53,256 nucleotides of DNA, from positions 1 through 53,256 of the forward strand of contig CAYNEZ010000001.1 in assembly GCA_964396365.1 (NCBI GenBank), written 5' to 3'. Position 1 is the first letter of the stretch. Each line of letters starts with the position of its first letter. The DNA is from an uncultured Sangeribacter sp. GTDB taxonomy: Bacteria; Bacteroidota; Bacteroidia; Bacteroidales; Muribaculaceae. Position numbers and translations under genes: made by a program. The notes beneath the pieces are model-generated. The model did not search any database. It saw only the letters and a program-made list of their open reading frames with translations, and was not told the origin of the DNA. Of the stretch, positions 9,176 through 18,729 are shown in pieces.

Positions 9176-9913
9176 ATGGATAAGCATAATTCACAGTTCA
9201 GATTCAAGCACTTTTCAGTATGTCATCATCGGAGTTCAATGAAAGTCGGGGTTGATGGTGTGCTGATCGGATGCTGGACAAATGTCGATGGAGTAAAAAA
9301 TGTTCTTGATGTAGGCACAGGTTGCGGATTGATAGCTCTCATCATGGCACAACGTTGTCCGGATGCTAAAGTGACTGGAATTGATGTAGATAAAGCCTCC
9401 GTAGAAGAATCCTCAGAAAATGTGGCTATGTCATCTTGGGGAGACCGAATACAAATCTTACAGGGATCTTTCCCGGAAGACCTGGATTCTCAATATAATG
9501 GTTGTTTTGATCTGATTATTTCAAATCCCCCCTATTTTGATTCAGGTCTTTCTAAGATTGTCACTTCTCGTGAAAGGGCGAGGCATCAGGGCAGTCTCTC
9601 ACCATCTTCGCTTCTCTCTTCAGCCAAGCGATTTCTAAAGCAGGAGGGGATGCTTTCCATGGTGGTGCCATCAGATCTTACGTCGACATTGGATGTTGAA
9701 GCTCGTGAACTTGGATTTTCGTTGATGAGGACGTGTCTTGTAAGAGGACATGAAGGCGCACCTTATAAGAGGACTCTCCTGCAATGGAAGTTATCAACTT
9801 CTTCCTCTTCCCAAGAGAGTTGCACCACGCTTCGTCTTACTCTCGAAGAGGGCAGGGGCATCCCTACTGAAGAATATAGACAGCTGTGTAAGGATTTCTA
9901 TCTCAGATTTTGA
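9176..9913 (+). CDS. tRNA1(Val) (adenine37-N6)-methyltransferase (YfiC/TrmN6 family)
   Basis: FRFKHF, MKVGVDGVLIG, LDVGTGCG and SNPPYF motifs. Confidence 0.92.
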   Translation: MDKHNSQFRFKHFSVCHHRSSMKVGVDGVLIGCWTNVDGVKNVLDVGTGCGLIALIMAQRCPDAKVTGIDVDKASVEESSENVAMSSWGDRIQILQGSFPEDLDSQYNGCFDLIISNPPYFDSGLSKIVTSRERARHQGSLSPSSLLSSAKRFLKQEGMLSMVVPSDLTSTLDVEARELGFSLMRTCLVRGHEGAPYKRTLLQWKLSTSSSSQESCTTLRLTLEEGRGIPTEEYRQLCKDFYLRF

Positions 9914-9987
9914 CCGAATTAAACCAATTGGCTCAATATTTGTCATAATATAAAAATAACACAATTAATAACTAACACAATCGCGCT

Positions 9988-11142
9988 ATGAAATTTAAAA
10001 ATTTACTACTTCTGACTTTGTCGCTTGGTTCATTGGTTCCGGCCGACATCTTGGCCGACGATTATGTTGATGATATATATTTCAATCCGAAAAAAGATAC
10101 AAATGTAGGGGCAAAGAATAAAAATCCCAACTATATTGAAAATTTCAGCGATATGGATGTAGATGCATACAACCTTCGTGGTCAGTATTACACTACTCCT
10201 ATCGACACTATCGGAGCTAAGGTTAGCTCTGAAGAGGATTTCGTATATACACAGCAGATTCAAAAATACTACAATCCTACTATCGTGCTTGATAATTCCC
10301 AGCTACTTGCGGATGTGCTTCAAAACTCATATGGCAATGTTGAGATTGTCTACAACGGTCTGACTCCTGCTTTCCTACCTACCTATGGATATGGCTGGCC
10401 TTATTATAGAGGATATTACGATCCTTGGTACTGGAATGTTGGCTTTGGAGGTTGGAGCATAGGGGGATGGTATGATCCTTGGTACTGGGGACCTTCTTGG
10501 TCGTGGGGCTGGGGTCCTTCTTGGGCATGGGGTCCTTCTTGGTCATGGGGTTGGGGTCCATCATGGGGCTGGGGTGGCCCAGCTTGGGGTCCCGGTCCGG
10601 GTTGGGGAGGCCCGAACGGAAGTTGGAATCCCGGTGGTAACCGACCTTTAAATCCAGGATCCGGTTGGGCTGGAAATCATCGTAATCCCGGATCCAATCG
10701 TCCGGGAAGTGCAGTAGCAGGTCATGGTGGCAACCGTCCATCATCAGGCTCTCAATGGAGTATTGGAGGCAACCATCGTGGCTCATACGGAAGTGCAAAT
10801 ACCAATAAGCAACATGTTTCCACTTCAAATAATAACCGTGGATATACTATAGGAAATAACGGACACCGCTACACAGGAAACGGCAGTGGAACTGTCAACA
10901 ATGGATCTTCGGGCAATCGGAACACCGGAAATTCAAGGGGTAACTCTTACAATAATTCTAATAATTACAACCACAACAATAGCTATAACAACAACCGGAA
11001 CACCAATACCAATTCTACAAGAAATTCCGGAAGCTATAATTCCAACCGGTCAAGCGGTAATGGCTCATTCGGTTCCGGTAGCTTTGGTGGAGGTCACAGA
11101 AGCAGCGGTGGCGGCGGTGGAGGTCGCGGTGGCCGCAGGTAA
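9988..11142 (+). CDS. Secreted hypothetical protein with W/G/P repeats and an N/G/S-rich low-complexity tail
   Basis: Signal peptide, DDIYFNP motif, WGPSW repeats, ends GGGRGGRR. This type of gene commonly precedes FadL-like porins in Bacteroidetes. Confidence 0.8.
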   Translation: MKFKNLLLLTLSLGSLVPADILADDYVDDIYFNPKKDTNVGAKNKNPNYIENFSDMDVDAYNLRGQYYTTPIDTIGAKVSSEEDFVYTQQIQKYYNPTIVLDNSQLLADVLQNSYGNVEIVYNGLTPAFLPTYGYGWPYYRGYYDPWYWNVGFGGWSIGGWYDPWYWGPSWSWGWGPSWAWGPSWSWGWGPSWGWGGPAWGPGPGWGGPNGSWNPGGNRPLNPGSGWAGNHRNPGSNRPGSAVAGHGGNRPSSGSQWSIGGNHRGSYGSANTNKQHVSTSNNNRGYTIGNNGHRYTGNGSGTVNNGSSGNRNTGNSRGNSYNNSNNYNHNNSYNNNRNTNTNSTRNSGSYNSNRSSGNGSFGSGSFGGGHRSSGGGGGGRGGRR

Positions 11143-11164
11143 TCATTATTTAATTTGAATAGGC

Positions 11165-12889
11165 ATGAAAAAGATATTTTTATATGCGGCTTCTTTAGCT
11201 GTGCCTTTTATAGCTGATGCCCAAAGTGCTATTGATGGCTTCCGCTTTTCCCAACCTGATATGAAAGGGACTGCACGATATATGGGTATGGGTGGCGCTT
11301 TCGGTGCTCTTGGTGGCGACTTGAGTTCTATTTCTACAAATCCGGCGGGTCTGGGAGTGTATAGGCGCAATGAGATTGGAATCACTATGGACGTTGATCT
11401 GCAGAGTGCTTCTTCTGAAACCCAAGGAATCAAGAATACGCAAAACCAAACAAAGTTCTTGCTGAATAATGTCGGTGGTGTAGCCAGCTGGAATCTTGCC
11501 AATTCTGTTATGCCTAACATCAATGTTGGGTTCACATACAATCGGGCAGCTTCCTTCAACCAACACTATAGTGGGGTAGTACCAACTCTTAAAAATTCTC
11601 TGACAAACTATATTGCAGGAGTTTCTAATAATGAAGGTGTCACTGTGGGTGATGTGACGACTTTTTTTGATTCTGATGGCTACGTATCGTTTGATCCATA
11701 TAATCCAAATGATGGTGGATATGCTGCTCCTTGGCTTTCAATCCTCGGATATGATAGTTATTTCATCACTCCGACCGGAGATGAAGACCAACCGGATTGG
11801 ATAGGGCAATGGGGGGCGACTACATCTGGCTCAGGAGCTTTCGATGTTGTAACTTCCGGGGCTGCTAATGAATATAATTTAGCAGTAGGCGGTAACATAG
11901 CAAACAAGGTCTTTTGGGGTATTGATTTAGGAATTGTCGATTTAAGCTACAGTATGACTGCAATGTGGGGTGAAAACCTACAGAATGCTGTAGTGGATAA
12001 TCCTGAAGGTACTGAAAACAGTTCATCACAATGGCGTATGACTAATTCCTACAATGCCAGTGGCACTGGATTCAATGTAAAGGTCGGATTCATCTATAGG
12101 CCGATACAAGAACTGCGACTTGGTGTCTCTTTTGCATCTCCCACGTGGTATTCCATTAATGAAAGTTATCTTGCTTCCACCAATTTCAATTATGGGGTAA
12201 ATATCCCGGATCTTCAGCAAAACAATGCCATCACGAATGGTGGCCAATGGGGTCTTAATTCCTATAATTTCCGTACTCCATGGAAACTTACTGTCAGTGC
12301 AGCAGGAGTAATAGGTAGAAATCTTATAGTCAGTGCAGATTATGAGTGGCAAAGATACGATAAGATGCGTTTCTACAACGGAGGAAGTGGGTATTACGAT
12401 TATGACTATGATGGCGGATTTGGCGATTGGGATTGGCCATACTATGCTCCAGCTAAGAAAGTATCTTCTTCTATCTTCAATACAGATCCTTGGTATGCTA
12501 CGAATGCAGATATAGAAGATTATTATAAGTCAACTTCCACTGTTCGTGTGGGTGCTGAATATAGAATCACTCCTCGTTTCAGTGTTCGTGCCGGTTATGC
12601 CAATGTATCTTCTCCTGTAAGGACGGCTGCTAAGGATGGGTCGATGCTTATTTATACCTCGGGAACGATGACCAACTATAAGATGGACAGTTCCACAAAC
12701 TACATAACATGCGGTCTTGGCTATAATTTCAATAATTTCTATATTGATGGAGCTTTCGTACACAAGAGAATGACTAGTGAGTATCATGCGTACACTCCAG
12801 ATCCGGCAAATCCGCAGATTCCAAGTCCGACTTCAAAACTTAGTCTATCCAACAACCAGATAATTGTCTCTGCCGGAGTGAAGTTTTAA
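11165..12889 (+). CDS. OmpP1/FadL family outer-membrane transporter
   Basis: GTARYMGMGGAFGALGGD...NPAGLG N-terminal motif; C-terminal Phe. Confidence 0.9.
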   Translation: MKKIFLYAASLAVPFIADAQSAIDGFRFSQPDMKGTARYMGMGGAFGALGGDLSSISTNPAGLGVYRRNEIGITMDVDLQSASSETQGIKNTQNQTKFLLNNVGGVASWNLANSVMPNINVGFTYNRAASFNQHYSGVVPTLKNSLTNYIAGVSNNEGVTVGDVTTFFDSDGYVSFDPYNPNDGGYAAPWLSILGYDSYFITPTGDEDQPDWIGQWGATTSGSGAFDVVTSGAANEYNLAVGGNIANKVFWGIDLGIVDLSYSMTAMWGENLQNAVVDNPEGTENSSSQWRMTNSYNASGTGFNVKVGFIYRPIQELRLGVSFASPTWYSINESYLASTNFNYGVNIPDLQQNNAITNGGQWGLNSYNFRTPWKLTVSAAGVIGRNLIVSADYEWQRYDKMRFYNGGSGYYDYDYDGGFGDWDWPYYAPAKKVSSSIFNTDPWYATNADIEDYYKSTSTVRVGAEYRITPRFSVRAGYANVSSPVRTAAKDGSMLIYTSGTMTNYKMDSSTNYITCGLGYNFNNFYIDGAFVHKRMTSEYHAYTPDPANPQIPSPTSKLSLSNNQIIVSAGVKF

Positions 12890-12981
12890 CTCATGCAGAC
12901 TCATAATAATCTCACGTGGAGGCTACAAAGACTCAAAGCTTCAATGCTTTAGAGAAACTTCGAGACTCAATAAAACATAAT

Positions 12982-13021
12982 ATGCAAAAAAAAGACCACT
13001 TTGATGGTCTTTTTTTTGCAT
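12982..13021. terminator. Intrinsic terminator
   Basis: ATGCAAAAAAAAGACCA / TGGTCTTTTTTTTGCAT inverted repeat. Confidence 0.75.
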
Positions 13022-13091
13022 TATTTTGAACAGTTACGGCTAAACTTGCGTTTTATGAATAAAACTATACAAACTTTAATTAAATTTTACT

Positions 13092-13553
13092 ATGAAAAAA
13101 ATTTTCCTTACCATTGTAGGCCTTGTGGCCTCAGTATCTGCAGCATTCGCCATGAATCCTTTCGTAGAGTTCCAGCCAGTCATTGCCGGTGGCAATACAT
13201 GTCGGTTTAATGTTCAGGGAGGTATCCATGAGATGATGACCAAGAATATAGGCCTTGGTGCAGGAATCGGTGTCACCGAACAGTGGAACTTCGATAACGG
13301 TCCTCTCATTCCAATTTTTGTAAGGGGCGATGTGAGTGGAAATATGGGTGGCTTCAAGCCGTTCTTCTCTTTAGATCTCGGTTATGCCATCAACACAGAG
13401 AATACAGATTGGGGCGCTGTAGTAGTTAACCCAATGATTGGCTTAAACTTCGGGAAATGGTATGCCGGCATCGGTTATCAAGCACTATGTTGGACACCGA
13501 AACATGCCGATGCTTCTAACTGCTTCAATATGAAGATAGGCTATAACTTCTAA
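13092..13553 (+). CDS. Small outer-membrane beta-barrel protein
   Basis: Signal peptide, alternating beta-strand pattern, C-terminal IGYNF. Confidence 0.8.
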   Translation: MKKIFLTIVGLVASVSAAFAMNPFVEFQPVIAGGNTCRFNVQGGIHEMMTKNIGLGAGIGVTEQWNFDNGPLIPIFVRGDVSGNMGGFKPFFSLDLGYAINTENTDWGAVVVNPMIGLNFGKWYAGIGYQALCWTPKHADASNCFNMKIGYNF

Positions 13554-13745
13554 GTAGCTAATAAAAATTAAACGATATATATACACATTCAACAGAACCA
13601 ATCTTGCACAAATAAATCCGGCTATTTTCGGACATTCCGGCATTGTCGTTCAGTCGCTTAGCTCGCTAAGCTCCTTCACTCCGCAGCCAGACTGCCTCGA
13701 AAATATCTCGGATTTATATGTGCATTAATTTTTATTAGCTACTTA
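13551..13745. mobile_element. MITE-like palindromic element, family A (full copy, 195 bp)
   Basis: Perfect 21-bp terminal inverted repeats TAAGTAGCTAATAAAAATTAA with TA ends; nested internal palindrome; second copy at 21412. Confidence 0.85.
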
Positions 13746-13764
13746 AGAAATAATCATAGAGTCA

Positions 13765-13795
13765 AAAGGGATGCTTCAATCGAAAGCATCCCTTT
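13765..13795. terminator. Bidirectional terminator
   Basis: AAAGGGATGCTT / AAGCATCCCTTT between convergent genes. Confidence 0.75.
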
Positions 13796-13832
13796 ATTGT
13801 ATTCCAACAACTTCAAAGCAAGCTTGCATGCT

Positions 13833-14315
13833 CTATCTCGTAGCTTGGAAAGAAATGTTCTTGAAGAAGAAGATGGGGAGTGTTCCTCCTACAACCATCC
13901 CAAGCAGGATGAAAATGCAGGTGAGTCCGTTGCTGGCAAACAGATAGAAATAATGGTCGAAGTCTGTTTCTCCTCCATGTGAAAGACACATCATGAGACC
14001 TCCAAATGCTTTATATGCATAAATGCCGGGTATCATCGGAAGCAAAGAAGGGAAAAGGCAGGTCTCTGCCGGCATCTTTCCATAGGGTGACAGTAAGACT
14101 GCAAGAGTACCGACAATGAATGCTGCTATTGCACTCGCAGCGACAATATGTATGTCAAACAGGGATGAATTCATTAATAAGTAACGAGTAGAGTGTCCTG
14201 CCGCTGCGATTATGGCGCATATCAGATATGCTTTCTTGGGAGGATTGCTGATCGAAGCAAATCCTATTGCAGCTATAGCTGCAAACAGAGCGTCTTGAAG
14301 AACCTGAAGTATCAT
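13833..14315 (-). CDS. Threonine/serine exporter family protein (ThrE_2, small subunit)
   Basis: Hydrophobic; LPMIPG motif. Start moved to ATG 14315, just after the partner's stop. Confidence 0.87.
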   Translation of the reverse strand: MILQVLQDALFAAIAAIGFASISNPPKKAYLICAIIAAAGHSTRYLLMNSSLFDIHIVAASAIAAFIVGTLAVLLSPYGKMPAETCLFPSLLPMIPGIYAYKAFGGLMMCLSHGGETDFDHYFYLFASNGLTCIFILLGMVVGGTLPIFFFKNISFQATR

Positions 14316-14317
14316 GG

Positions 14318-15145
14318 CTAAAACATACTTAAGTGCATCAACAACATTCCTCCGCAAAGCCCTAACGACAGACAGCATGTCAAGACTGCTGCATGGACGA
14401 ATCGCCCGAAGGCACAAATGTAATGCCCATCGAGCATATCACTGAAAGAATTCAGAAATGGAATTCCGGGAACGAGATAGAGTACGCTCGTGCCCACGGC
14501 AATATCAGGAGTATTTCCAAAACTGAACAGTGTGGCAGTGCTTGCCAGCACAGAGGAAATGAAAGAGCAGATGATAAACACCAGACGCACGTCAACTTTG
14601 TGGGCAGTCAACACCTGCTTAAGAAAAAATCCTACAAGAGTGGAAAAAAACACGACTCCAACTGCAGCCCAATCGCCCGTGAACAGACGGCAGAATGCGG
14701 CATTGGCACATGATGCAAGAAAGAGAACGAGATGTTTATTTGCCGGGGGAGTCTTTATTATATCGGCAAATTTTTCCCTGGCCTCCGTCAAACTTAAACG
14801 ATCATCTGCCATGCTCCAACTGAGTCGACTTAGTCGCGTATTGATGTCAAAGCTTATAGGCATCGGATGAGTGGCAATAATGTAGGTATAACTATCGGAA
14901 TTGTCAGGGAGGAATACCGTCATATGTATATGTCTTGGAAGTATTGTCATTTCTGCACGGCATCCCAATGCCTCAGCCATACGCCTTACATTTTTTTCAA
15001 GACGTATAGACGTGGCTCCACTTCCGAGGAGCCACGCCGAATATTCCGAGAGGAAAAGACAAATTTCTTTTAGTGATATATTTTCCCCAATTTCACATTC
15101 TGAGACTGCGACAGTTGGGGAAATCTCTTGATCAGAAGGTACCAT
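14318..15145 (-). CDS. Threonine/serine exporter ThrE family protein
   Basis: LLGSGATSIR, FCRLFTGD and LYLVPG motifs. Confidence 0.9.
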   Translation of the reverse strand: MVPSDQEISPTVAVSECEIGENISLKEICLFLSEYSAWLLGSGATSIRLEKNVRRMAEALGCRAEMTILPRHIHMTVFLPDNSDSYTYIIATHPMPISFDINTRLSRLSWSMADDRLSLTEAREKFADIIKTPPANKHLVLFLASCANAAFCRLFTGDWAAVGVVFFSTLVGFFLKQVLTAHKVDVRLVFIICSFISSVLASTATLFSFGNTPDIAVGTSVLYLVPGIPFLNSFSDMLDGHYICAFGRFVHAAVLTCCLSLGLCGGMLLMHLSMF

Positions 15146-15290
15146 TATTTATTATTTTGTCTCTTTTGGATATCATTTTTTGTGGATGCAATGGGTTATG
15201 ACTTTTGTGAAAGAGTCTAACCGAAATGAAGACTGTCATCGCTGCTACAACGATGCACCATGAGATCAAAGGTATGTTCACTGCTGCCAT
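15132..15290 (-). CDS. Possible 52-aa single-pass membrane small protein
   Basis: Hand translation MAAVNIPLISWCIVVAAMTVFISVRLFHKSHN...GTF*. Preceded by A-rich TAAAAC; overlaps the thrE start. Confidence 0.4.
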   Translation of the reverse strand: MAAVNIPLISWCIVVAAMTVFISVRLFHKSHNPLHPQKMISKRDKIINNGTF

Positions 15291-15414
15291 GTTTTAGAGA
15301 CTTAATGGTTATTACTCCGAAATCAAACTCAGCTTGGAGACAGGTCGGGTCTCGCTTGCAATGATAAAACGGATATAACATTAAAAATGTTCTCTAAAAT
15401 CAGTTACGATTTCA

Positions 15415-16485
15415 TTAAAGAATTGTGACAAATACCGACATATCGTTTGACATATTTGACCGTGTATCGTCAGATGCCGCTCCCGGAGGAACTTGTGCGG
15501 GCTCTGAAAGGTCAAGGCTGTAACGGTAGTGCATTCCGGATTGCCATCTTTTGTCGGGGAGTTTCTCTCCGAGACCGATACGTAATTGTCCGTATCCCGG
15601 ATTATCTTTAGAAATAAGCCTGTAATCCGTTGTTGCATCCGGCCATACCGTTGAGCCGTTTCCATCTTCAATTTTATAGTCAACTTCGAGATATGATGAG
15701 TTGAAATATGCATCAAAGTCAAAATCTCCAAGTCGGGAAGGAATAAAGAATTCATAGCCCTGATTGTCAGCATCGAGAGGAATATCGGAAAGATATGTGC
15801 CACTGTCTGACAAAAATATCGGGATCCTGTTAGACTGCCCGTATATATCCCAGCAATCAGATACTTCCTGAAGAGTTGTGGTAGGGTAGAACCCTTCAGC
15901 CGGATATCGGAATTGCCCGATATCGCTGACATTGACAATAGTAACACTCTTCACATTCACTGTATTGGCAGGAAGCGCAGTGTGTAGCTTTACATTCACT
16001 AAAGATAGCGCATGATAGAAATGCAGTTTAAGTCTTCCTGTGGTTTGTTTGACATTTGTGACACGACATACCAGGAGGTCTTCGTGTCCTTCATTTTTAT
16101 ATTGTATCATGTCAAGCCACCATGGATTGGTGTTGATGTCGATTGCAGCAGGACTGACTGCTGTAAAGCACATCATGTTTCCGGTCCAGTCAACGGCTGG
16201 AGAATAGCTCCAACTGTTGAGTCCGGTCCTTGTCACAATAATCCCTTTCATGAGATATGAGTAAAGACCATAATCATATCCCCAAATTCTGAACTCAGGG
16301 ATGTTTTCTGTCGTGGTGATGTCAGCATCGCGTGTTTCTCCACCAAAACGAGTAGCCGAAACTTCAAATTCGATTTCGTTGGTGTCTACGCACTCAGGTA
16401 TTTCTTCAGAATGCGAGCAGGCGGTGACCGCAAATATTGCAGCCACCGCCATAATGCATCTGTATATTGAAGAGTAAAATTTCAT
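15415..16485 (-). CDS. Fimbrillin (Mfa-like type V pilin) lipoprotein
   Basis: Lipobox VTAC; WSYSP, DLL and FYHALS motifs. Confidence 0.88.
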   Translation of the reverse strand: MKFYSSIYRCIMAVAAIFAVTACSHSEEIPECVDTNEIEFEVSATRFGGETRDADITTTENIPEFRIWGYDYGLYSYLMKGIIVTRTGLNSWSYSPAVDWTGNMMCFTAVSPAAIDINTNPWWLDMIQYKNEGHEDLLVCRVTNVKQTTGRLKLHFYHALSLVNVKLHTALPANTVNVKSVTIVNVSDIGQFRYPAEGFYPTTTLQEVSDCWDIYGQSNRIPIFLSDSGTYLSDIPLDADNQGYEFFIPSRLGDFDFDAYFNSSYLEVDYKIEDGNGSTVWPDATTDYRLISKDNPGYGQLRIGLGEKLPDKRWQSGMHYRYSLDLSEPAQVPPGAASDDTRSNMSNDMSVFVTIL

Positions 16486-17522
16486 TAGCTGTTGACTTGA
16501 GAATCGATGAAATCAGGGAATTCCTCGACAGTAACGTCAAAATCGATCTTATTGGAAGTGGCAGGCACATCAATGTTGAGGGTATACCTGTATGCCCTTC
16601 CGAGTTGCCATTCGGCATTTCCATTCTCTCTAGCGTTGAGAGGGAAATAGATATATCCGGCGCCATCCGCCACTGCATCAGCACTTTCCGGCCAAATCTT
16701 TACTCCGGTGTTTCTGTCGAAGATTTCGCATAAGATTCTTGCATATGCTCCTGAATAATTAGAACCGCTCACTTCCGATTTTGTCAACTTCTGAGGAATT
16801 GAGAAAATGTATCCGGTGCTTCTAAGTTCAACAGGAGTATCAGTATCAAGCATCTCAGCACCTTCATATATGTTCTTGTCTGCCGGATTCTTATGATCGG
16901 TCCATTCTCCTGTCACTTGATTGCCAATAGTGGTTGAGTTTGTCGGGAAATTAAATGATCCCACAGTATTGGTGCCAAGAAGGTCAAGAGATTTGACTTT
17001 GACAGAAAGGGACTGTTCCCCTGTCTTTGCTACACGTGGACGAATCTGGAAACGAACCTGGGACAGGGCATGCCGGAAATTGACTTGTACAGGTGTGGCA
17101 TTGGTGCCACCACGACTTTCGCCGATATTCACAGCATAAAGAAGGTCAGTCTTTCCACTATTGATAAATCCGGGAATGTCAGGATTGCTGGAGTCTGATG
17201 CTGTCTCTGTCTTGATAGCCGGACTATAGCTGTAGAAGTTAAGTGGAGCATCTGAAGGCCAGTACATTGAGGGTGAATAATTCCAACCATTGTCGGTACG
17301 GCCTACATTCACGTCGGTCATATATGGTTTCCCATCTGCAAATGCCCATACCCTGAACTCTTGCAGTGTATTGGTAGTCACTACCTCACGTCCACTCAAA
17401 GGTGCCGAAGCATTGAAGGAAATAAGATTGCCTGCTGAGGGAGCATCGTGCTCGTTGTGTGAGCAAGCAGAGAGTGAGAGAACGAGAGCTGTAGTTATAC
17501 CAATGTGTGTTGTAATCTTCAT
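16485..17522 (-). CDS. Fimbrillin (Mfa-like type V pilin) lipoprotein
   Basis: Lipobox LSAC; WNYSPSMYWP, DLLYA and FRHALS motifs; C-terminal IDFDVTV donor strand. Confidence 0.9.
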   Translation of the reverse strand: MKITTHIGITTALVLSLSACSHNEHDAPSAGNLISFNASAPLSGREVVTTNTLQEFRVWAFADGKPYMTDVNVGRTDNGWNYSPSMYWPSDAPLNFYSYSPAIKTETASDSSNPDIPGFINSGKTDLLYAVNIGESRGGTNATPVQVNFRHALSQVRFQIRPRVAKTGEQSLSVKVKSLDLLGTNTVGSFNFPTNSTTIGNQVTGEWTDHKNPADKNIYEGAEMLDTDTPVELRSTGYIFSIPQKLTKSEVSGSNYSGAYARILCEIFDRNTGVKIWPESADAVADGAGYIYFPLNARENGNAEWQLGRAYRYTLNIDVPATSNKIDFDVTVEEFPDFIDSQVNS

Positions 17523-17670
17523 AGTCTATTTTGTCAAATTTTGTTTTTGGGTTATAGCCTCAATATCGAGGTTTTATATACACTACTACAAATATCGTAC
17601 CAAAAAAGTTTTTTACTTTAAGATTATTAACTTATTATGATTCATTAACATTTATTTTGTCTCCATATGC

Positions 17671-17709
17671 CCTTAATGTGTATACATATTCTCCTTAGTG
17701 TGTATACAT
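17671..17709. promoter_or_regulatory. 17-bp direct repeat CCTTA(A/G)TGTGTATACAT, 22-bp period
   Basis: Copies at 17671 and 17693, each containing the palindrome TGTATACA, upstream of the pilin genes. Confidence 0.55.
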
Positions 17710-17738
17710 CTACAAAGAGTAGTTCCTTAAATACCCTC

Positions 17739-18698
17739 CTACAGCTCTATATCGATGAAATCCCAGTTGTCGACACCCACATCCATTCCTCCTTCTCCAC
17801 CTGTACCCCCTTCTCCAGGTGTGATTTCAGGTAAGGATGGACCTTTGACTCGGATCATAAGGTTCATTGAGTCCGGGGCTTGTCGAATTTGATCTGTTAC
17901 GTCATAAAGATATACTTTTCTTGATCCATCAGCCAGCCACATATACACTGCGAGTTTTTGATGAGTCGACTCTTTGTTTATGCCAAAGTTAGTTATAGTG
18001 GTAGAGATCGATGTGTCATCAATTGGTTGCATGAAATTTCCGATGGAAGCCAACACTCCCGTTTGCTCGAGAGTTGAAGCCTTGAAAATATGCGTCAGGT
18101 CGGAGATTACTGCATAATACCGAAGTGCTGATTCAAGATTTTCTATCCCTGTCATCTCTACATTGTAGTCGCGGGTTATACGCTTGGGAGATAAAAACAC
18201 CGTTTGTGGCTCTGCTGATTCCTCTATTACAATATTTTTTAGAATAGTTGCCCACATTTTGTCAGGTTGGGCATAGATTCGTTGAGGGGGAAAGGGGAGT
18301 TGATCTTCAGGGATTTCGGAAGTGTCGATTTCCGATGTTGAGAAAGTTAAGTCGTCGAGATTATTAATTTCGGAAAACAGTATATTTTCTGTGTCATTGT
18401 TAAAGACTACGATATCATACTCTCCCTTTGGAAGTCTCATTGTTCCTCCCGAAGGTCGAAAATCAAATCTCCAGTAGCTTTTGGCGTAAGATTCTGATGA
18501 ATAGAAAAGATTAGCCAGACCATCAGGACGGAAGAATTCTGTTTCATCCCAATTGTATTCAACTTTTACGATAGGGAACCCATCTTGACCGATATCTTCA
18601 ATTATATCTTTATGCCTGCACCCTGACATCAATAACAAAGCCGTTGGAATCATTAAAAATGATCCCAACGACGATATTATATGTGTCATCCTGTTCAT
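17739..18698 (-). CDS. DUF5119 / Mfa2-like pilus accessory lipoprotein
   Basis: Lipobox MSGC; RFDF, NNDTE and GGMDVGVDNW motifs. Start reassigned to 18698 (or 18689). Confidence 0.82.
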   Translation of the reverse strand: MNRMTHIISSLGSFLMIPTALLLMSGCRHKDIIEDIGQDGFPIVKVEYNWDETEFFRPDGLANLFYSSESYAKSYWRFDFRPSGGTMRLPKGEYDIVVFNNDTENILFSEINNLDDLTFSTSEIDTSEIPEDQLPFPPQRIYAQPDKMWATILKNIVIEESAEPQTVFLSPKRITRDYNVEMTGIENLESALRYYAVISDLTHIFKASTLEQTGVLASIGNFMQPIDDTSISTTITNFGINKESTHQKLAVYMWLADGSRKVYLYDVTDQIRQAPDSMNLMIRVKGPSLPEITPGEGGTGGEGGMDVGVDNWDFIDIEL

Positions 18699-18729
18699 GA
18701 CTATTAAACACAGGTCAGTGACAAAAGTT

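Noticed and set aside
10440-10620. Repeats resembling a CRISPR-like array
   Set aside because: They are in-frame codon repeats encoding WGPSW, with no unique spacers.
15381-15947. 188-aa alternative-frame ORF overlapping the fimbrillin
   Set aside because: Same-strand shadow of a well-supported gene with no recognisable motif.
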